NCBI GenBank assembly: GCA_963775465.1
Contig: CAVZIW010000008.1
Span: forward strand, 82,746 to 146,745
DNA: 64,000 nucleotides
Origin: Candidatus Bathyarchaeota archaeon
Lineage (GTDB): Archaea > Thermoproteota > Bathyarchaeia > Bathyarchaeales > Bathycorpusculaceae
Direction of reading: 5' to 3'
The notes under the pieces were generated by a model. The model ran no database searches, was not told where the DNA came from, and saw only the letters and a program-made list of their open reading frames with translations. Below are positions 59,583 to 64,000 of the stretch, piece after piece. Within the stretch, counting starts at the first letter, position 1, and every line of letters starts with the position of its first letter. Made by a program: the position numbers and the translations under genes.

Positions 59583-60554
59583 TTACTCTGTTACAACCAC
59601 CTTTAGTGGCTTTTCGAGTGGATTGTCAGCGGTTTGAAGTGCTTTTTCAAAATCCTCAAGCTTAAACCTATGAGATATGAGTCCTTTTACATCGACAAGT
59701 CTTCGAGAAATTAACTCAACAGCCAAAGGATACTCCACAGGTGAAATGTACATAGTGAAAAAGGAAGCTTCGTCGGCATCCTCTAAGTTAAGGTATCCCT
59801 TAGATTCACCCACTAACGCCACCTTCCCAGTCTTCTTAACCAAATATGGTGTTTGTTCAACTGCAGCTGCAGTTCCCGCAGCTTCAACCACAAAATCAGA
59901 GCCACGTTTGGTTAGTTTTCGTACAGTTTTAACAACATCTTCTCTCTTTGCGTTTATAGTTACGTCAGCGCCATACTTCTTTGAAAGCTCAAGTCTATAA
60001 TCCATCAAATCCACCGATATCACACGGCAACCTTTCATTAACGCTATTTGCGTCATAAGCAAGCCAATTGCTCCCTGACCAACTACCGTAACCCAGTCGC
60101 CTACGTTTGGTTGCAGGTAATTTAGAACTCGAAGCGCCAAAGCAACTGGCTCTACCACTGCAGCCTCTTCATCATTAATGTTTGTTGGGATGGGAACTAA
60201 GCTTCGAGGAAGCATCGCTTTTGATTCAGCAAAAAAACCGTTTCTAGTTAAACCATAAAATTTTCCCCGGGTGCAATACGTCGGGTATCCTCTAAGGCAG
60301 AAGTCGCAGTGCCCACAATTGACAATGGGAACCATGACAACTCGTTCTCCCGTATCCTCTCGGATTCCGCAGGCATCGTGTCCTATGATTGTTCCTTTCT
60401 TCATCCATTTCCAGTTGCCTCGATAAAAGTGCAAATCGGTGCCACATATGCTTCCAGCTTTAAACTTTACCAGAACTCTGTTGCTCCTGACTTTCGGATC
60501 TGGAACATTTTCAATTTTAATCTGACGGGGTCCACGGTAAATGGCGGCTTTCAA
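59583..60554 (-). CDS. Zinc-dependent medium-chain alcohol dehydrogenase (Tdh/sorbitol DH-like)
   Basis: ICGTDLH, GHD, CGHCDFC..C and GQGAIG motifs. Confidence 0.92.
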   Translation of the reverse strand: MKAAIYRGPRQIKIENVPDPKVRSNRVLVKFKAGSICGTDLHFYRGNWKWMKKGTIIGHDACGIREDTGERVVMVPIVNCGHCDFCLRGYPTYCTRGKFYGLTRNGFFAESKAMLPRSLVPIPTNINDEEAAVVEPVALALRVLNYLQPNVGDWVTVVGQGAIGLLMTQIALMKGCRVISVDLMDYRLELSKKYGADVTINAKREDVVKTVRKLTKRGSDFVVEAAGTAAAVEQTPYLVKKTGKVALVGESKGYLNLEDADEASFFTMYISPVEYPLAVELISRRLVDVKGLISHRFKLEDFEKALQTADNPLEKPLKVVVTE

Positions 60555-60670
60555 AAACAGTCAACTCTGAATATAGTATGCATTCAAATGTGGTATTAAT
60601 CTTGCTGAATTTCTTTTTTTTTTGCGGTAGACTAATAACCTAAATGTTGTATCCTTTTGGTTGAGCGCCT

Positions 60671-60886
60671 ATGAATCTGGATCAATATTCTAAAGAACAG
60701 CTTTGGCAATTGCTCGTTGAATCTGTTCATGCTTCAGTTATGTATCCAACCCATAAGGCATACACCCGAGACAGCATCTTACCCAATCAACCAGATGTTT
60801 CAGCAACTGAGCTTTCAGAACGCTTAGGTATGCCGCTTGGGGCGGCAATAGTTATCTTAAACGAGTTGATTGAGGAAAAAAAATAG
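60671..60886 (+). CDS. Small hypothetical protein with HTH-like C-terminus
   Basis: ATELSERLGMPLGAAIVILNEL. Confidence 0.65.
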   Translation: MNLDQYSKEQLWQLLVESVHASVMYPTHKAYTRDSILPNQPDVSATELSERLGMPLGAAIVILNELIEEKK

Positions 60887-61045
60887 TTTAGCCATTTTTG
60901 CAGAAACCACTTTTTTCTTCTAGACAAACAATTCTTCTAAGCCATCTCAAGCATCCATGTAAAAAATTTTTAGAAATTAAATCGTCAACAAAAGAGCGTA
61001 TACTATTGATTTTATCCATATTAAAGGGTGAACGGAGTATCTACC

Positions 61046-62089
61046 CTAAAGAATCTGCACACTTGAAGCCTTAAATACGATACAGACATCGGCACCAATG
61101 TTGAGCGCAAGCTCATTAAAAGATCGTTTTGTTATCTGAACCAGAAAAACCCTGCCGACATCCACCTTAAGTTTTACAAGCGAGTCTAAGTCAATGATCT
61201 CTGCTATCTTTCCCTTAAGCACGTTTCTAGCGCTTGACTCGACAGCTTGTTGGCATAGGATAATGTCCTTTGGATTAACAAAAATAGATACTTTGCCCTC
61301 CTTTTGATCGGCAACTTCAACCTGTACATTATTACCCAAGTTGACGATTGTTGTGCCTTTTGATGTTATTTCAGCTTCACCAACGAATGTATTGTCAATT
61401 GCTGCAAAGCTGGCCAGATTCCTGGAGAGTTTACTGAAAACCTCTGCAGGTGCTCCTACTTCAGAAATCTTCCCTTCATCCATCAAAGCGATGCGGTGAG
61501 GAAACGTCTTAGCTTGAAACATGTTGTGAGTCGCCATCACTATAGTGACTTTGTTTTCACGATTAACCCTATCAATAACTTCTTCAAGTATCCCAGCGTT
61601 CTTAGGATCCAGGTTAGCTGTAGGCTCATCTAAGAGCAAGAGTTTTGTTTTGAGAACTAAAGCCCTCGCAATAGCGACTCTCTGCTGCTCGCCGCCCGAA
61701 AGCTTATTTGCATTACGCTTCTCAAACCCTTCCAGCTTGACAAGTTTAAGCGCTCTTTTTATCTCTTCATCACGTGTAGACTGCGGTACTTTTCTTACTT
61801 TCAACCCATAGGCAATGTTGTTATAAACTGAAGTGCTGAAAACGGTTGTCTTCTGAAACACAAGAGTGCTCTGCATTCTCTCTTTTTCAGTATTTTTGTA
61901 ATTGACCTTTTTACTTTGGAATACGACTTCGCCACTTGTTGGATTTTCAATAAAAGCAAGAATTTTTAGTATCGTTGATTTTCCAGAGCCATTAGGTCCC
62001 AGTAGCGCCAATATTTCGCCTTCATGTATCTGAAGGTTTACGGAGTTGACTACTGTCTTGTTATAATATGTCTTTGTAACGTTCTTCAA
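61046..62089 (-). CDS. tupC: Tungstate/molybdate ABC ATPase with TOBE domain
   Basis: GPNGSGKST, LSGGEQQR, DEPT; SSARN..FKASSV TOBE domain. Confidence 0.88.
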   Translation of the reverse strand: MKNVTKTYYNKTVVNSVNLQIHEGEILALLGPNGSGKSTILKILAFIENPTSGEVVFQSKKVNYKNTEKERMQSTLVFQKTTVFSTSVYNNIAYGLKVRKVPQSTRDEEIKRALKLVKLEGFEKRNANKLSGGEQQRVAIARALVLKTKLLLLDEPTANLDPKNAGILEEVIDRVNRENKVTIVMATHNMFQAKTFPHRIALMDEGKISEVGAPAEVFSKLSRNLASFAAIDNTFVGEAEITSKGTTIVNLGNNVQVEVADQKEGKVSIFVNPKDIILCQQAVESSARNVLKGKIAEIIDLDSLVKLKVDVGRVFLVQITKRSFNELALNIGADVCIVFKASSVQIL

Positions 62090-62100
62090 TTCTGCAGTGA

Positions 62101-62868
62101 TTATTGGTCTGCAAGCTCTCCTTTTCTTTTTCTTAACTTGGCAAAGGACCCCTTAGCCGTTTCAACTATTAAATTTGTTTTCCTTAGTACGATTATGGAG
62201 ATGTTTATGATGAAAAGTATGCTAACTAGTATTATTCCCAAAGCTATGGCTAGACCAAGTTCGCTGATTTGAACATCACGTGAGATGGCTGTTGTTAATA
62301 CGTCAGTTCTGTTGCCGCCGCCGGCGATGTTTCCACCTACTAGTAAAACTACTCCTAACTCTCCTATTGCTCGGTTAAAGCTGGCAATATCCGATAAGAT
62401 GATGCCGTTGGCTGCCTCTTTTAGAACTGCTATTTGTGCCTGAGATTCTGAGGCCCCGAGCGTTTTGGAGAGGTTCATTATTTCTGGATCGACTGATTCG
62501 ATGGAGGAGACGCCTATGCTTATCAAAATTGGTGTTATTAGTATTGCTTGACCCAGCATTATAGCGCCGGGAGTATAAAGTAATCCTAGAAATCCCAAGG
62601 GCCCTCCTCTTGAAAATATTAAGAAAAGAATCAAGCCCAAAACTACTGTGGGCAAACCTATTAGGGTGTTTAGGATTGCTTTGATTATTGTTTTTCCTCG
62701 AAATTCTTTGAGGGCAATTACTAATGCGAGCGGGGTTCCCCAAAGTATGGCTAAAATAACTGCTGTTCCGGAAAAAAAGAGGGAGCGGAGGACTATTCCT
62801 TCTATTTCTGGGTTGCCTGTGAATATTAGCTGGAAGGCCTGTATTACTTCGCCGAGTATATCAGCCAA
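62101..62868 (-). CDS. tupB: Tungstate ABC permease
   Basis: GLPTVVLGL, SRGGPLG, RAIGELG and TDVLTTAI motifs. Confidence 0.9.
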   Translation of the reverse strand: MADILGEVIQAFQLIFTGNPEIEGIVLRSLFFSGTAVILAILWGTPLALVIALKEFRGKTIIKAILNTLIGLPTVVLGLILFLIFSRGGPLGFLGLLYTPGAIMLGQAILITPILISIGVSSIESVDPEIMNLSKTLGASESQAQIAVLKEAANGIILSDIASFNRAIGELGVVLLVGGNIAGGGNRTDVLTTAISRDVQISELGLAIALGIILVSILFIINISIIVLRKTNLIVETAKGSFAKLRKRKGELADQ

Positions 62869-62879
62869 TTCACTGTCCT

Positions 62880-63892
62880 CTAATCGTAGAGCTGATAATC
62901 GTTAACCCTGTATTGTGGTGGGCATTCTGTTCCGTCGAGGAAGGCGTAATCTTTTATCCAACTGACTATTGGTTGGGGCGCGTCGTCTTTTAGTGGTTGC
63001 ACTGCTTCATGGAAGAGGGTCTCTCCGTAAGTGTCTAGCCCGTAATTGTTGATTATTTGTTGAGTCTCTGGGGAAATCAAGTATTGTATGAAATCCATTG
63101 CATCATTGAAATTAATGCTGTCATGAATGGTTTTGTTAGCTTGAACCGTTTGCGTATTCACAGCCATTACACTGTAAACGTTAAGTAGTGACTGTTCTTC
63201 AGTTATAAGCGCCTCAATTTCTATTGAACCATCTGCGTGGAATTTTAGATAAGTGCCGATGTCAGAGAGTGTGTATGCATCCTTTTGGTTAGTAACGGTT
63301 AGGGTTGCGCCCATACCTTGTCCTGTGCTTGCAAACCAGGGTTCAGTAGAGATTCTGTGTAATTGTAGCCAGCTTCAGTCCACAGGCTTTTCTCTTTTGA
63401 GTTTGTGCCTGAGTTGTCGCCTCGAGAAACCCAGATTTGGCTTGCTCCTGACTGGTCAGGCATGTTTTGTCCGTATTGTACTATGTTGAATAGTGCTTCA
63501 GCAGCTGTTTTTCCTTGGATTTGCGCTGGATCGTCTGCTGGTCCGACAATTGTGAAGAAATTATATGCTATGATTTTTCTGTTTACACCAAATCCCCCGT
63601 CTAGAAATTCTTGCTCTACTGAGGGCGCGTGAACCAGGACAATGTCAGCGTCTCCGTTTTCCGCTTGTTGTATAGCTATACCTGTACCTACTGCTACAAT
63701 GTTTAGGTCAACGTTGTGTGTTGCTTCATAGTCGCTTTCTATAGCGTTCAATAAACCTGTGTCGTATAAGCTAGTGGTTGTCGAGATGAAAACTCTTCGC
63801 TTAGAGAAGTTGTTAAAGTATACCAATGTACCCGCAATGACTATAATGGTTACGAGTGCAGCTACGATGATTAGTTTTTGCCACATTTGCAA
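62880..63892 (-). CDS. tupA: Tungstate-binding protein, split by a 1-nt deletion at ~63352
   Basis: STTTSLYDTGLL, VGTG, HAP, SRGDNSGT / GQGMG, YTLSDIGTY; adding one A restores YTE-ISTEPWF. Confidence 0.9.
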
Positions 63893-64000
63893 TGATAAAC
63901 ACCATCGTTATGTTTGGAAATACATATCATTATCCTTATAAAGCTTATCGTGACTAATTAAACTGGCTTGTTAAGCAATAAGAAACACACTCTCTCATGC

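Noticed and set aside
2601-63941. Numerous 60-140 aa antisense ORFs in the ORF track
   Set aside because: They lie opposite well-supported genes and lack motifs, as expected for shadow ORFs

Overview
Archaeal chromosomal window, most consistent with Bathyarchaeia (TACK). This is an inference from gene content (archaeal SRP RNA, Dph5, CTP-dependent riboflavin kinase, GGR, AS-AR, CbiZ), frequent TTG starts and GGAG/GGTGA RBSs. It is mostly housekeeping: tRNA-Lys(CTT), a trpE(G)DCBA operon lacking trpF and preceded by TRP-box pairs, SRP RNA, a corrinoid uptake/salvage cluster, mre11-rad50, rps10, lrp/asnA/pckG, ribK/ribL/dph5, cobD-cbiB, thiolase+DUF35, a HemN-like radical SAM with an ABC-2 exporter, corA, a ~1,890-aa DUF4011-helicase-nuclease-DUF3320 (Hhe-like) protein and tupABC. 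No integrase, transposase or CRISPR array was seen. The best candidate for an undescribed system is the corrinoid cluster: tandem palindromic operator, leader ORF, btuFCD, a radical-SAM/SPASM protein with all three CxxxCxxC cysteines replaced (Y/H/S) but SPASM cysteines intact, DUF2284, a CbiZ fusion and a decayed Ni/Co permease. About six genes carry single-base frameshifts that are probably assembly errors. The sequence also shows kb-scale GT-rich/AC-rich strand-skew domains that do not follow gene direction. All family assignments are from motif recognition by eye, not database searches.
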